From positions 64,001-128,000 of the forward strand of contig JBALDB010000028.1 of NCBI GenBank assembly GCA_036918135.1: a stretch of DNA of 64,000 nucleotides, given 5' to 3'. Positions within the stretch are counted from its first letter, which is position 1. Each line of letters begins with the position of its first letter. A program made the translations under genes and the position numbers. The stretch is from Nostoc sp. (lineage in GTDB: Bacteria > Cyanobacteriota > Cyanobacteriia > Cyanobacteriales > Nostocaceae). This document shows, piece by piece, positions 1-10,370 of this stretch. The notes under the pieces were generated by a model. That model had not been told where the DNA came from. It saw nothing but the letters and a program-made list of their open reading frames with translations, and ran no database searches.

Positions 1-1
1 T

Positions 2-178
2 TTAAATTTAGTAGGGCAAGATTTAGGTGATGGGATTTTGCTACCGAAAGTTATGTTAAAGCATGGTGAATTAGTATTTTTAGATGATGTGGGTGTTGCA
101 GATTTAGCAAGCAAATTGAAGACAAATATCTTACCAGTAGCAGGGGTTGAAGATTTAATAAATACCTGTATTAATTAA
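2..178 (+). CDS. 3' end of TIGR03279-family radical SAM/DUF512 protein (partial, enters from left edge)
   Basis: Frame from nt 2 reads LNLVGQDLGDGILLPKVMLKHGELVFLDD...TCIN-stop(176-178); LLPxVMLKHGExxFLDD is the C-terminal motif of this family. Confidence 0.75.
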   Translation, partial: LNLVGQDLGDGILLPKVMLKHGELVFLDDVGVADLASKLKTNILPVAGVEDLINTCIN

Positions 179-696
179 ATTATTTTTGTTAATCTTTTAG
201 CTTATACAATTTTATTTTATTGATTATTAGGATTAAGCCTCAAAATTTTATCAATTCTGAATTCTAACAAAAACTCTGTCAATAACTGGGTTAAATATTT
301 CAGTATAGAGATACCCAGAGCAAACTAATGTAAAGAGTTCAGCCAGATATGTTGAGTAATTGTGCGTTCCTATTTGTTGCTCAGCAATCAGTGCCATGCA
401 ACTTTTAAGTTGATTGTATCCTCACCACCCAAAAATTACTGGACAAATATATTAGAAATTATTGTTAGTTTAGCTTTGGCGATCGCCATTAGTTAGCTTC
501 ACAAATCTTGCAAAAATTCTTTTGTTTTTATTTATTAAATACTGCTTTTTTATAACTGCTACAACAACGATAACAAGCTTTATTTGAGCAAATAATTATT
601 GAAAGTACTAACTCTCTATTTTGTATCGTTCCAGGCAGTACTAGTAAGTAGCTCGACCTAATTAAACATAAAATATTATTACGACAGAACAAAGTG

Positions 697-790
697 TAGA
701 CGCGAACGTGAGTACGTTTCGTAGAGAAGCGGCTTCCCGTACCCCTAAGGGGAAGCTAGCTACGCGTAGCGTCTCGTAGAGAAGGGTAGC
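697..790. repeat. Nested Nostoc-type short dispersed repeat (SDR) cluster
   Basis: GC-rich islet in AT-rich DNA; core GTACCCCTAAGGGGAAGCTAGCTACGCGTAGCGTCTCGTAGAGAAG (739-784) recurs at 33511-33552 and inverted at 56528-56576. Confidence 0.8.
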
Positions 791-1184
791 GAAGTAATCG
801 CAAAGATTATATCTAACGTTTTTCAATTACCTACTTATTACTTTTTTAAATTCTAACGAACAAAAGCAAATAATATAAACAAAAATAACATTCTTGATTT
901 TAGGGGTTAGTGAAAATTACCTGCAATTTTACAAGCACCTATTGGAATTGGCAAATGAAAAAAATTCTAAACAGTTAGTTAAGAACAGAATTAAATTTAA
1001 AATGCAAGAGCCGACAATTTATATAGAATCGCCTGTGACAATTTGAATATTTATCTTGGCATTCTTGATGATTGAGCCGCTAGATTAATTAAGCATATTT
1101 ATTAAGTAGCTTTACCAATAGTCTATTATGTCTTGAATGAATTATGATTAATAAATAAATTAATCATTAAGTAAGGAGTAACGG

Positions 1185-4019
1185 GTGAAGCATCAGCAAA
1201 ACCGAAAATATCTAAAATTAGAAATAAAAAAAACTAGAAGGTTATTGATTTTTGGTTTAGAAATTTTAATTTTAAATTTATTTAATATTTTACCAGTAAA
1301 GGCGGCAACAGAAGAACCTGTATTGAGCGTAGTGTATAGCCAAGAAAATGCGAATCAATGGACAGGGATAACCGATCGCCTGCAAACAGCTGGGGTGAAA
1401 TATTGTGTAATTCCTCTAGATAATGTCAGAAATATGGCGGATTGGGGCGATCGCCGGATATTATTTTTGCCAAATCTAGAGACATTAAACCCAACTCAAG
1501 CGATCGCCCTAGAAGAATGGATGAGTAAGGGAGGGCGCTTAATTGCTACCGGCCCAATGGGTAGTTTGTCAGCACCAGGAGTGCGTCAGTTATTGCGATC
1601 GCTCTTGGGAGGTTACTGGGGATTTAGCCTCAGTGGTACAGAAGAAATCAAACCTGCAAAAACCAAAATTCCAGGCTGGGCAAATCAAGCTGAACTGTTT
1701 GGCAAAGTGCGTGGTGGTGTTGTAATTCCCAATGATATGGGCGCTCAATCTCCTGCCATTTGGAATTCCCAAGATAATCCTGCCGCAGTAGTTACAACTG
1801 AACGTTCCACATTTTTGGGCTGGCGCTGGGGAACAAATACAGCCTCAGCAGCAGAGTTAGATAGTGCTTGGTTAAAATCTAGTGTCAATTACTATTTGAT
1901 GGCATTAGCACCATCAAATCGCATGAAAAAAATAGAAGGAGCTTCTCAAAATTGCTCTACCACTGTGGCGACGGTAGGGGGACAGGGGGGCAGGAGGGCA
2001 GAGGGGCAGGGGAGCAGAGGAGCAGAGGAGCAGAGGAGCAGTTTATCTTCCTCATCTTCGTCATCTCCTTTATCTCCCCCATCTCCTCCTCCCCGCGTCT
2101 CCCCCATTCCTCCAAAAACTGCCACTGCTCCCCAACCGAGACCGCTTCCTGTGGTTAAACCGCCAACTTCCCAAGAGGCCATTGACCAATTAGAACAAGC
2201 AGTTCGTCTAGATGTTGTACCCAACTCCAATGAGCCGATTAATCAAAACGAAGCGATCGCTCTCCAGCAGGAGTTAGAAAATCTAATTGGTCGAGTAGAA
2301 AGCGCCAATTTAGCAGCAGTGTCAGCTAATGCTGCTAATCTTGGGGAATCTGGAAATTTAGGGAGCGTAGATATCCAGTCTGTCAAACAGGAAACACAAT
2401 TAGCCTCTACCAGACCAGGGGCATTAGTTAACAGCAAAGAGCAAGCCTTGGCACAGGCGAAAGTAATTGTTAAAAACTTACCTCAATTGATTGCCCAAAA
2501 AAACTACACTTTGGCTCGTCAGCAGTGGCTAGTTGCTAAGAAAATTTTGTGGCAGCAGTTTCCTGTAGATCGAAGGCTAGCTCAGCCAGAAATCCGGGCT
2601 ATTTGGTTAGACCGAGGGACGATTGTCCGAGCTGGTAGCAAGGCGGGACTAGCTCAGGTTTTTGACCGACTGGCAGCAACCGGGATTAATACTGTCTTTT
2701 TTGAAACTGTGAATGCTGGCTATACAATTTATCCAAGCCAAGTCGCCAAAGAACAAAACCCATTGATTCGCGGTTGGGATCCTTTAGCAGATGCAGTCAA
2801 ACTAGCCCATGAGCGGAATATGGAATTACACGCTTGGGTTTGGACTTTTGCTGCTGGTAACCAACGTCACAATGAGATTATCAACGTTAATCTTAATTAC
2901 CCAGGGCCAGTACTGGCAGCTCATCCCGATTGGGCAAACTACGATAACCTGGGCAACATGATTCCTATTGGTCAGACTAAGCCATTCTTAGATCCAGCTA
3001 ACCCAGAAGTGCGACAGTATTTGCTCAAACTCTACACAGAAATCGTCACTCGCTATGATGTGGATGGCCTACAGCTAGATTACATTCGTTATCCCTTCCA
3101 AGACCCACTTGCAGGTCGAACCTACGGTTATGGTAAAGCTGCAAGAGTGCAGTTTCAGCAACTAACTGGTGTAGATCCAGTAAATATTTCTCCCAGCCAG
3201 CCAGAACTGTGGCAAAAATGGACAACATTTCGTACCGAACAAGTTGATAGCTTTGTTGCCCAAGTATCACAGCAGTTGCGACAAAAGCGAGCAAATTTAA
3301 TTTTGTCGGTTGCAGTCTTTCCGCTACCGCAAATGGAGCGGATTCAGAAAATTCAACAAAACTGGGAAACTTGGGCAAGGCGAGGAGATGTAGATCTAAT
3401 CGTTCCCATGACTTATGCTCTGGATACATCGCGCTTTCAACGACTGGCTCAACCTTGGATTGCTTCTAGACAATTAGGAGCTACCTTATTAGTACCAGGA
3501 ATTCGCTTACTTTCTTTGCCAACAATTGGAGCATTCGACCAACTCCAATTAGTCAGAGATTTGCCGGTTAGCGGTTATGCACTCTTTGCTGCAGAAAATT
3601 TTAACAATGAGCTAGAAAAACTTTTTATTAGCACCCAAGGTAGAGTTCAATCTACAACAAATGAACCTATTCCTGAGCGCCAGCCTTTTCAAAGTGCTGC
3701 GATTCGTTATGCAGCGCTACAACGGGAATGGAAATTTGTATTGCAAAACGACCGACTGCCAATGCCTGCTCAAACAATTTCAGATTTTAACAACCAAGCA
3801 GAAGTTTTACGTATTGCTTTAAATCAGCTTGCCACTGCGCCTTCTGGTAGTAAACTACTAGTAGCGAAAGCCTCCCTGACTCGCTTTGAGTCTCAATTTC
3901 GAGTATTGATGAAGCAACAACTCAAGTCAAATTCTTATCAAGTCAAAGTTTGGGAAAATCGTCTTGCAACTATAGAAAGGCTATTGCGTTACGGCGAAAG
4001 GCGGATAGAGTTGCGTTAG
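1185..4019 (+). CDS. Family 10-like glycosyl hydrolase (GHL10/DUF187), exported
   Basis: 944 aa; EIRAIWLDRG, MELHAWVW and YDVDGLQLDYIRYP motifs; N-terminal signal-like segment; Pro/Ser linker. Confidence 0.85.
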   Translation: MKHQQNRKYLKLEIKKTRRLLIFGLEILILNLFNILPVKAATEEPVLSVVYSQENANQWTGITDRLQTAGVKYCVIPLDNVRNMADWGDRRILFLPNLETLNPTQAIALEEWMSKGGRLIATGPMGSLSAPGVRQLLRSLLGGYWGFSLSGTEEIKPAKTKIPGWANQAELFGKVRGGVVIPNDMGAQSPAIWNSQDNPAAVVTTERSTFLGWRWGTNTASAAELDSAWLKSSVNYYLMALAPSNRMKKIEGASQNCSTTVATVGGQGGRRAEGQGSRGAEEQRSSLSSSSSSSPLSPPSPPPRVSPIPPKTATAPQPRPLPVVKPPTSQEAIDQLEQAVRLDVVPNSNEPINQNEAIALQQELENLIGRVESANLAAVSANAANLGESGNLGSVDIQSVKQETQLASTRPGALVNSKEQALAQAKVIVKNLPQLIAQKNYTLARQQWLVAKKILWQQFPVDRRLAQPEIRAIWLDRGTIVRAGSKAGLAQVFDRLAATGINTVFFETVNAGYTIYPSQVAKEQNPLIRGWDPLADAVKLAHERNMELHAWVWTFAAGNQRHNEIINVNLNYPGPVLAAHPDWANYDNLGNMIPIGQTKPFLDPANPEVRQYLLKLYTEIVTRYDVDGLQLDYIRYPFQDPLAGRTYGYGKAARVQFQQLTGVDPVNISPSQPELWQKWTTFRTEQVDSFVAQVSQQLRQKRANLILSVAVFPLPQMERIQKIQQNWETWARRGDVDLIVPMTYALDTSRFQRLAQPWIASRQLGATLLVPGIRLLSLPTIGAFDQLQLVRDLPVSGYALFAAENFNNELEKLFISTQGRVQSTTNEPIPERQPFQSAAIRYAALQREWKFVLQNDRLPMPAQTISDFNNQAEVLRIALNQLATAPSGSKLLVAKASLTRFESQFRVLMKQQLKSNSYQVKVWENRLATIERLLRYGERRIELR

Positions 4020-4505
4020 TAGCAATGAGGAAAGTCAAGAGTGGGGGAGAAGAGTTTTCCCCTCTTTACCCTTCTCCCTACCCCCAGAGCCGATGAATTC
4101 CATGCTCAATTTCCAACTAAGTAGAAACTACTTAGTATTTCTTCACTACTTTTCCAGTGTTTATACTTCAAAAATTACTAATTGTTTAACGTCAAAATAT
4201 TAGAAAATACTAAGTGAGTGGCTTTAGATAACTATCGTTTGATAATAGCTATAGTAATAATCTATGCAAGCTTTATCTCAGTTTCTCTGGCTAGAAAGCT
4301 TAGAGTCAATAATTGACTGTTTGCCGCTAACGGTTATCAGATGCGATCGCTCTGATGGCAACGCAGAGCAAAAGTGTCTTAGTAGGCTCTTGTTCGCAGT
4401 TAGTGGAGTACTTTACAAAGCACGGTATTGTACAGCTTATAGCTTCGTTTACGAAATTTTCTGTGACTATATCATTAAATAATCAAATATAAATAGAGGT
4501 TAATT

Positions 4506-5717
4506 ATGCCGAAAATTTTAATAATTGAAGATGAAGAATCAGTTCGGGAAAATATTTTAGATTTACTAGAAGCTGAAGATTTTGAAACTCTTGGTGCTGC
4601 TAACGGCAAAATCGGGGTACATTTAGCTATTTCTGAAGTTCCCGATTTAATTTTATGTGACATGATAATGCCAGAACTTGACGGTTATGGCGTGCTAACA
4701 GTATTACGCCAAGACCCGATGACAGCAACAATTCCCTTCATTTTTCTCACTGCAAAATCTGCCAAATCTGACTTTCGTCAAGGTATGGATCTGGGTGCAG
4801 ACGACTATATAACTAAGCCATTCACGCGGGCTGAGTTATTAAGTGCTATCATGAACAGGTTGGAAAAGCACGCTACTTTAAAAAGATATTTTTCTCCGCA
4901 AACTGCAATCTACAACTTGTCTCCGAGAATGCAGTTATTACAAATTAGCTTACATCGGACAATTAAACAAAAAAAATTTCAAGAGTTTGAGATTTTTTAT
5001 CAACCAATAGTGGATATTGTTTCTGGAAAAATAGTAGCTGCTGAAAGTTTGTTGCGCTGGCAAAGTCCAGAATTAGGAATAATTTATCCTACAGAATTTA
5101 TTCCCTTAGCTGAGTCTACAGGTTTAATTATTCAGATTAGCAAATGGGTATTAAAAAAAGTCTGCGAACAAATTAAAAGCTGGCATCATCTCGGAATTTA
5201 CTCATTAAATATTGCTGTAAATTTATCAGTTATTGAATTTAATCAACAAGATTTTATTCAAGAAATAATTAATTTTATAGAAACTAATGATTTGCGAGCA
5301 GAGTGTCTAGAATTAGAAATCACAGAAAGTATGATTCTGCAAGATGTAAATAGTGCAGTTGCTACTATGAATAAATTACGAACTTTGGGTGTGAAAATGG
5401 CGATCGATGATTTTGGCACAGGTTATTCTTCTTTGACTTATCTGAAAAGTTTACCAATTAATACTTTAAAAATCGACCGTTATTTTATCCATAATGTTGC
5501 CACCGACCCACAAAAATCAGCGATTACCAAGGCATTAATTCAAATGGCTCATAATCTCAACCTAAATGTAGTTGCTGAAGGTGTAGAGACCGAGGCCGAA
5601 CTAGCTTTTTTGCGCCAACACAACTGTAATTTCATGCAAGGTTTTCTATTTAGTCGTCCGTTACCAGCAGCCGAATTTAAAAATTTTTTGTTGACAAATA
5701 AATGTTTATATGTATAA
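4506..5717 (+). CDS. Response regulator receiver + EAL c-di-GMP phosphodiesterase
   Basis: ILIIEDE...[10 protein letters not shown]...KPF receiver; [18 protein letters not shown] and AEGVET EAL motifs. Confidence 0.9.
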   Translation: MPKILIIEDEESVRENILDLLEAEDFETLGAANGKIGVHLAISEVPDLILCDMIMPELDGYGVLTVLRQDPMTATIPFIFLTAKSAKSDFRQGMDLGADDYITKPFTRAELLSAIMNRLEKHATLKRYFSPQTAIYNLSPRMQLLQISLHRTIKQKKFQEFEIFYQPIVDIVSGKIVAAESLLRWQSPELGIIYPTEFIPLAESTGLIIQISKWVLKKVCEQIKSWHHLGIYSLNIAVNLSVIEFNQQDFIQEIINFIETNDLRAECLELEITESMILQDVNSAVATMNKLRTLGVKMAIDDFGTGYSSLTYLKSLPINTLKIDRYFIHNVATDPQKSAITKALIQMAHNLNLNVVAEGVETEAELAFLRQHNCNFMQGFLFSRPLPAAEFKNFLLTNKCLYV

Positions 5718-5869
5718 AAAGTGGAGTTGGGGAGTTAGTGAAAGTATGCCTAAATATTTATTTTTTACTTCCTAGTCCCTAATCTTTCCAATAAAAATCG
5801 GACTTTAGACTGGCGACAATTATTGAGTCGCAAGTCTAAATTAGAAAATTATGTCTAGTGTTTACTGCC

Positions 5870-7210
5870 ATGAAAGCTCTTGCGCGTTTCTTGCTGCCAG
5901 TTTTTTTACTCACCTTAGTAGCATGTAACCGGACTCGCGCTGACTCAGATAATCCCCCACTGCAAACATCTGTACCTAATGCCGAACTAGCACAAAATAC
6001 TACACAGGCGAAAAATACTATTCGGACTGAAGTATTTTCACCTAAACCTATCCGAATTAATCTCAAGAACTTACCAGCACCTTTCGCAACAGAAAGTGCC
6101 TCCAAGCGACCTGAGGTTGTGCAAATTCCGCAAGACCCAGTGCTACGCGTACCACCAGGGTTTACAGTTAACGTTTTTGCCGAAGGTCTAGATGCTCCAC
6201 GGTGGCTAGCTTTAACCCCCAGTGGTGATGTACTCGTGACTGAAACCGGGCAAAATCGCATTCGTTTGTTGCGTGACAGCAACGGCGACGGTGTAGCCGA
6301 TGTTAAAGAAACCTTTGCTAGTAGGGACAACGGACTCAATCGACCCTTTGGTATGGCTTTTGCAGGTGATTCCTTTTTTCTTGGGAACACAGATGCTGTG
6401 TTACGTTTTCCCTATACTCCAAATCAAAACCGGATTACAGGCAAGGGACAAAAAATTGCTGACTTACCTGCTCAAGGTTATAACAATCATTGGACGCGTA
6501 ATGTTGTTGTCTCGCCTGATGGAAATAAATTATATGTTTCAGTTGGTTCGGGAACCAACGTGGGTGAAGAACCCTCACCACGGGCTTCGGTGCAGGTAAT
6601 GAATTTGGATGGTTCCCAGCAACAGACCTTTGCTTCTGGTTTGCGTAATCCTGTTGGTTTGGACTTTCATCCTGTGACTAAGGAACTTTACACTACTGTC
6701 AACGAACGGGATGGAATCGGTGATGATTTGGTGCCAGATTATTTTACACGCATTCGACAGGGAGAATTCTATGGCTGGCCTTATGCTTATCTGACGCCAA
6801 AAAACCTCGATCCGCGTCAAAAAAACAAAGACCAAAGCAAACGCCCCGACTTAGCAGCCCGTACTAAAACGCCTGATGTGCTTTTTCAAGCCCACTCGGC
6901 AGCATTAGGTTTGCAGTTTTATGATGGTAAAACATTTCCCCAAAAATATCGTAACGGTGCTTTTGCTGCTTTTCGTGGTTCTTGGAACCGCGATCGCGGT
7001 ACTGGTTACAAAATTGCGTTTGTTCCTTTCGATGCAAAAGGACGACCCCAAGGCTACTATGAAGATTTTCTGACCGGATTTTTGCTCAATCCTTCTGTAC
7101 CAACTACTTGGGGACGACCCGTGGGTTTACTTGTGTTGCCAGACGGCAGTCTATTAGTCACAGAAGAAGCCAATAACCGGATCTATAGGATTCAGTATAC
7201 AGGAGGGTGA
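5870..7210 (+). CDS. PQQ-dependent sugar/L-sorbosone dehydrogenase family lipoprotein
   Basis: Lipobox LVAC; beta-propeller motifs HWTRNV, GLRNPVGL, FRGSWNR, GRPVGL; ATG 5870 preferred over GTG 5858. Confidence 0.85.
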   Translation: MKALARFLLPVFLLTLVACNRTRADSDNPPLQTSVPNAELAQNTTQAKNTIRTEVFSPKPIRINLKNLPAPFATESASKRPEVVQIPQDPVLRVPPGFTVNVFAEGLDAPRWLALTPSGDVLVTETGQNRIRLLRDSNGDGVADVKETFASRDNGLNRPFGMAFAGDSFFLGNTDAVLRFPYTPNQNRITGKGQKIADLPAQGYNNHWTRNVVVSPDGNKLYVSVGSGTNVGEEPSPRASVQVMNLDGSQQQTFASGLRNPVGLDFHPVTKELYTTVNERDGIGDDLVPDYFTRIRQGEFYGWPYAYLTPKNLDPRQKNKDQSKRPDLAARTKTPDVLFQAHSAALGLQFYDGKTFPQKYRNGAFAAFRGSWNRDRGTGYKIAFVPFDAKGRPQGYYEDFLTGFLLNPSVPTTWGRPVGLLVLPDGSLLVTEEANNRIYRIQYTGG

Positions 7211-7376
7211 ACAATTCCAAATTCCAAAATTAAGTCGGCAAATGAACTATCTGGGGTAAATTTACTAGCAGTTGTAAATCAACAGAAATATGGTGACCAT
7301 CTGCCTACCTACGTTCATATTCTTTAATGGTAGATTTTTGAAAAATATTAATAATCATTGAGTTGAGAAATTAGTT

Positions 7377-7784
7377 ATGGCTTTGAATGAAAATAATACT
7401 CAGTCAAATATTAATGAAGGATCTTCACATTCAGGTACGCGATACTGGGGTAACGTGGAGGTGATTGAGGAAGGAAAAACCTATAGAATTAGTCGCATTG
7501 AAATTAAGCCCAGGCACGGCATTAAACCACAAATTCATTATCATCGCAATGAACACTGGGTTGTAGTTTCAGGTGTAGCAAAAGTAACTTGTGGAGACCA
7601 GGAAATACTACTAAATCGCAACCAGTCAACTTATGTTCCCGCAGCAACATTGCATAAGGTAGAAAACCCAGGTCATATTCCGCTAGTGATTTTGGAAATT
7701 CAAAATGGTGAATATTTGGGTGAGGACGACACAGAACGCCCCTATGACCTAAATTTGATTAAGTCTGTAAGTGATACTGAGTAA
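7377..7784 (+). CDS. Mannose-6-phosphate isomerase type II C-terminal cupin protein
   Basis: RYWG...QIHYHRNEHWVVVSG...EIQNGEYLGEDD. Confidence 0.85.
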   Translation: MALNENNTQSNINEGSSHSGTRYWGNVEVIEEGKTYRISRIEIKPRHGIKPQIHYHRNEHWVVVSGVAKVTCGDQEILLNRNQSTYVPAATLHKVENPGHIPLVILEIQNGEYLGEDDTERPYDLNLIKSVSDTE

Positions 7785-7928
7785 AATATGAGGCAGATGT
7801 GGTTCGACTCTACGGTAGTTGAGCGAAGTCGAAACTCACCAACCGGGAGATGAACTGCCCCTCTGCTCCCCTGCCTCTGTGCCACCCTGACCACCCCTGC
7901 GACACTCGTTGCTTGGCTTATACCCAAA

Positions 7929-8678
7929 TCAAAACCACCCTTCTTGTTCGAGAGTTTCAATCAACTGCAAGCCACGGGGATCGCCTACTCCTAAGAGTGA
8001 GGCTTTAGCGTCTTCCCGTACTCCCAAATCTTCGTCTTCGGCAAAGGCTTGAATTAGAGCATCGATCGCTGTAGCATAAACTACGTTAGAAGGCAGTTCG
8101 CGGCACAGTTGACCAATTGCCCAAGCGCAGTTGCTCCGTACTGCTGCGACTGGATCTTGGACTAAGGCTTCTATTAATGGCGGTATTGCCCCGATAATTG
8201 CTTCATAACTCACTTCTGCCATTTGTGCTAGGGCACTAGCAGCCCACAAACGCACTGCGGAAATGTCAGTTCTTAAGGCATCTGCCAGGGGTGCTAAAGA
8301 ACGGCGATCGCGACAGTTTCCTAAAGCCCAAACAATGCCTTTACGTACATAGCCATTCCAATCCCGATTCAATTGAGCGATTAACGGACTTACCGCCTCA
8401 GAACTGGGATTGCGTCCGATGCCATAAGCTGCACTCACCCGAATTAACGGACAGGTATCAGTTAACAAGCGAATCAGATGGGGAGTAGCGCGAGCATCTT
8501 CAAGATCGCAAAAAGCACGCGCCGCTAACATTCGTTGCTGAGGCTGGGGATTGTTTAGCAGGGCTAACATTACTTCTGGATCGGGCTTGGCTGAGGAAGC
8601 AGTTAGCGGCTCTATCTTATCTAAGGGGCTTTCTAGCTCCTGTGTATCAAGTAGGCTTAGATCGTCTTCGTCATACAT
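7929..8678 (-). CDS. HEAT (PBS lyase-like) repeat protein
   Basis: Repeated L..D...VR..AA.ALG units. Confidence 0.85.
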   Translation of the reverse strand: MYDEDDLSLLDTQELESPLDKIEPLTASSAKPDPEVMLALLNNPQPQQRMLAARAFCDLEDARATPHLIRLLTDTCPLIRVSAAYGIGRNPSSEAVSPLIAQLNRDWNGYVRKGIVWALGNCRDRRSLAPLADALRTDISAVRLWAASALAQMAEVSYEAIIGAIPPLIEALVQDPVAAVRSNCAWAIGQLCRELPSNVVYATAIDALIQAFAEDEDLGVREDAKASLLGVGDPRGLQLIETLEQEGWF

Positions 8679-8850
8679 AATTTGATTTCAATCCCTTTTG
8701 GGGATTAAGACATAATCCCCCGCGCCAATCAGTTAAAGCCTTATATATATCAGTTGCATTATTGTACATCCCTTGTCCGTCGTTGACTTAGATCCAAACG
8801 AGAACCGCCATCACAAAAGACGCTAAAGTATTTTATCGCTATTCTCTAAT

Positions 8851-9420
8851 TTATTTTTCTGCACTCAGGAATTTTACCATCCACAGCGATTGGGTTTGAT
8901 AACCTAACCGATCGTAAAGATTTAATGCAGGTTTATTTGATTGAAAAACTTGTAAGCCGATTTGGCGATCGCCTCTTTGAATAGCCCAATTTTCCACATA
9001 TTGCATCAAGGCTGTACCAATACCTCGCCGCCGATGTTCTGGTGCAACATAAAGGATAAAGATATGAGCATGACGGTTACCCTGGACTTGATCTATGGCA
9101 TTGCCCACCCAGACGCAGGCGATGGGGTTAGAAGACGTGGGGACAAGGGGACGCAAAGAGAAGTCTGAGCGGCGGCTTTTGCCGATCGGAACTTCGGGGG
9201 ATACGGAGAGTAATTTCCCTGCGTCCCCCTTTGCATCTTCTTCAACCCACCACAAGGGGGTGTCAGTGGAGAAGTATTGCTTAACTGTTTGTTCTAAGTG
9301 GGAAAAATCCTGATTAGGAAAAATATCTTGGTAAGTCCGCTGCATAAATTTCAGCAGCAGCGCCCGATCCAAAGTTGAGCCACGGTGAATAAAATACCCA
9401 GGTAGTAATTGCTCAGACAC
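8851..9420 (-). CDS. GNAT family N-acetyltransferase with in-frame repeat insertion
   Basis: LYVAPEHRRRGIGTAL acetyl-CoA motif; N.PALNLY..LGY. Confidence 0.85.
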   Translation of the reverse strand: MSEQLLPGYFIHRGSTLDRALLLKFMQRTYQDIFPNQDFSHLEQTVKQYFSTDTPLWWVEEDAKGDAGKLLSVSPEVPIGKSRRSDFSLRPLVPTSSNPIACVWVGNAIDQVQGNRHAHIFILYVAPEHRRRGIGTALMQYVENWAIQRGDRQIGLQVFQSNKPALNLYDRLGYQTQSLWMVKFLSAEK

Positions 9421-9437
9421 TTGTGACGTTGATTGAC

Positions 9438-9629
9438 TTAGTTGGGTGAGTTTTGTACTGCTGGCGGTATATCACCGACAGTAGGTTGAGAATTTATGCC
9501 CACCTCTTCAATTGGTGCTGGTGCTGCCATATCGGAGGGTAAAAAGATCCGAGCGCTGACTGCTACTAAAGCAAAGACGAATACCAAAACTACAAGCAGT
9601 GGGGCAATGTATTGACGGAAAATAGCCAT
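9438..9629 (-). CDS. Small single-pass membrane protein (conserved cyanobacterial hypothetical)
   Basis: 63 aa with one hydrophobic helix, then FLPSDMAAPAP; co-oriented with the GNAT/HEAT genes. Confidence 0.65.
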   Translation of the reverse strand: MAIFRQYIAPLLVVLVFVFALVAVSARIFLPSDMAAPAPIEEVGINSQPTVGDIPPAVQNSPN

Positions 9630-9962
9630 ATTTTAATTGCAAATAAGTAGGTCGGTGTGAATATTTATCGTTGGGATCAGGCACGAGGGAAGAGGGTTTA
9701 AGTCTATTTAATTTTTCTTAACATAGTTTTGTTTTTCCAGACTATTCTACTTAGTTAACAGCTTTTATGAGAACCTAGCTGAAGATTTGTAAAGTATTCT
9801 TGGTTTATTTTAGCGATTTTCTAGATATGGGGAATGGAACATTGGGAATGTTGAGTGTTGAGTTAGGAATTATTTTCTTTGTCCGCATCTCCCCGTCCCC
9901 CATCTCCCCTCTGCTTTTCTACTTTTCTGCTTCCCTGCTCCCCATCTTTCCAGTCTCCACTA

Positions 9963-10370
9963 CTATTGCCCGCGCTCTAGGTCATCAAGCACTCTCTCGC
10001 AATACCAATTTTCCGGCATCCCTGGATAAGTCTGTTTTGCCTGTTCAATTAACCTTTCAGCAGCAGCGGTATCACCAGATAACCTCGCAATTAACCTGTT
10101 TTTGAGATAGCTATCAGATACATCCTCTTGTGGTTGGTTTGGTATTGTGCGATTGGGTGATGATGATGGGCGAGACTGCTCTCTCCGCAATTGCCAAAAT
10201 AAAACGTAATAGAGTGTGCCAAAAATTAAAATTAGGCTGAGTGTTCCGAAAAAAGTTAGGAGGTTAAATGCTAGAAATCCTAGAACTAACTGCGAGAGAA
10301 CATATCCAAGTAATAAACCAGTGAGTAAGAGGATGAATGTGCCGACAGCAATAACTACTTGATTCCCCAT
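9963..10370 (-). CDS. Hypothetical membrane protein (2 TM + C-terminal helical domain)
   Basis: 135 aa; overlaps the ampG stop; two hydrophobic segments. Confidence 0.7.
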   Translation of the reverse strand: MGNQVVIAVGTFILLLTGLLLGYVLSQLVLGFLAFNLLTFFGTLSLILIFGTLYYVLFWQLRREQSRPSSSPNRTIPNQPQEDVSDSYLKNRLIARLSGDTAAAERLIEQAKQTYPGMPENWYCERVLDDLERGQ

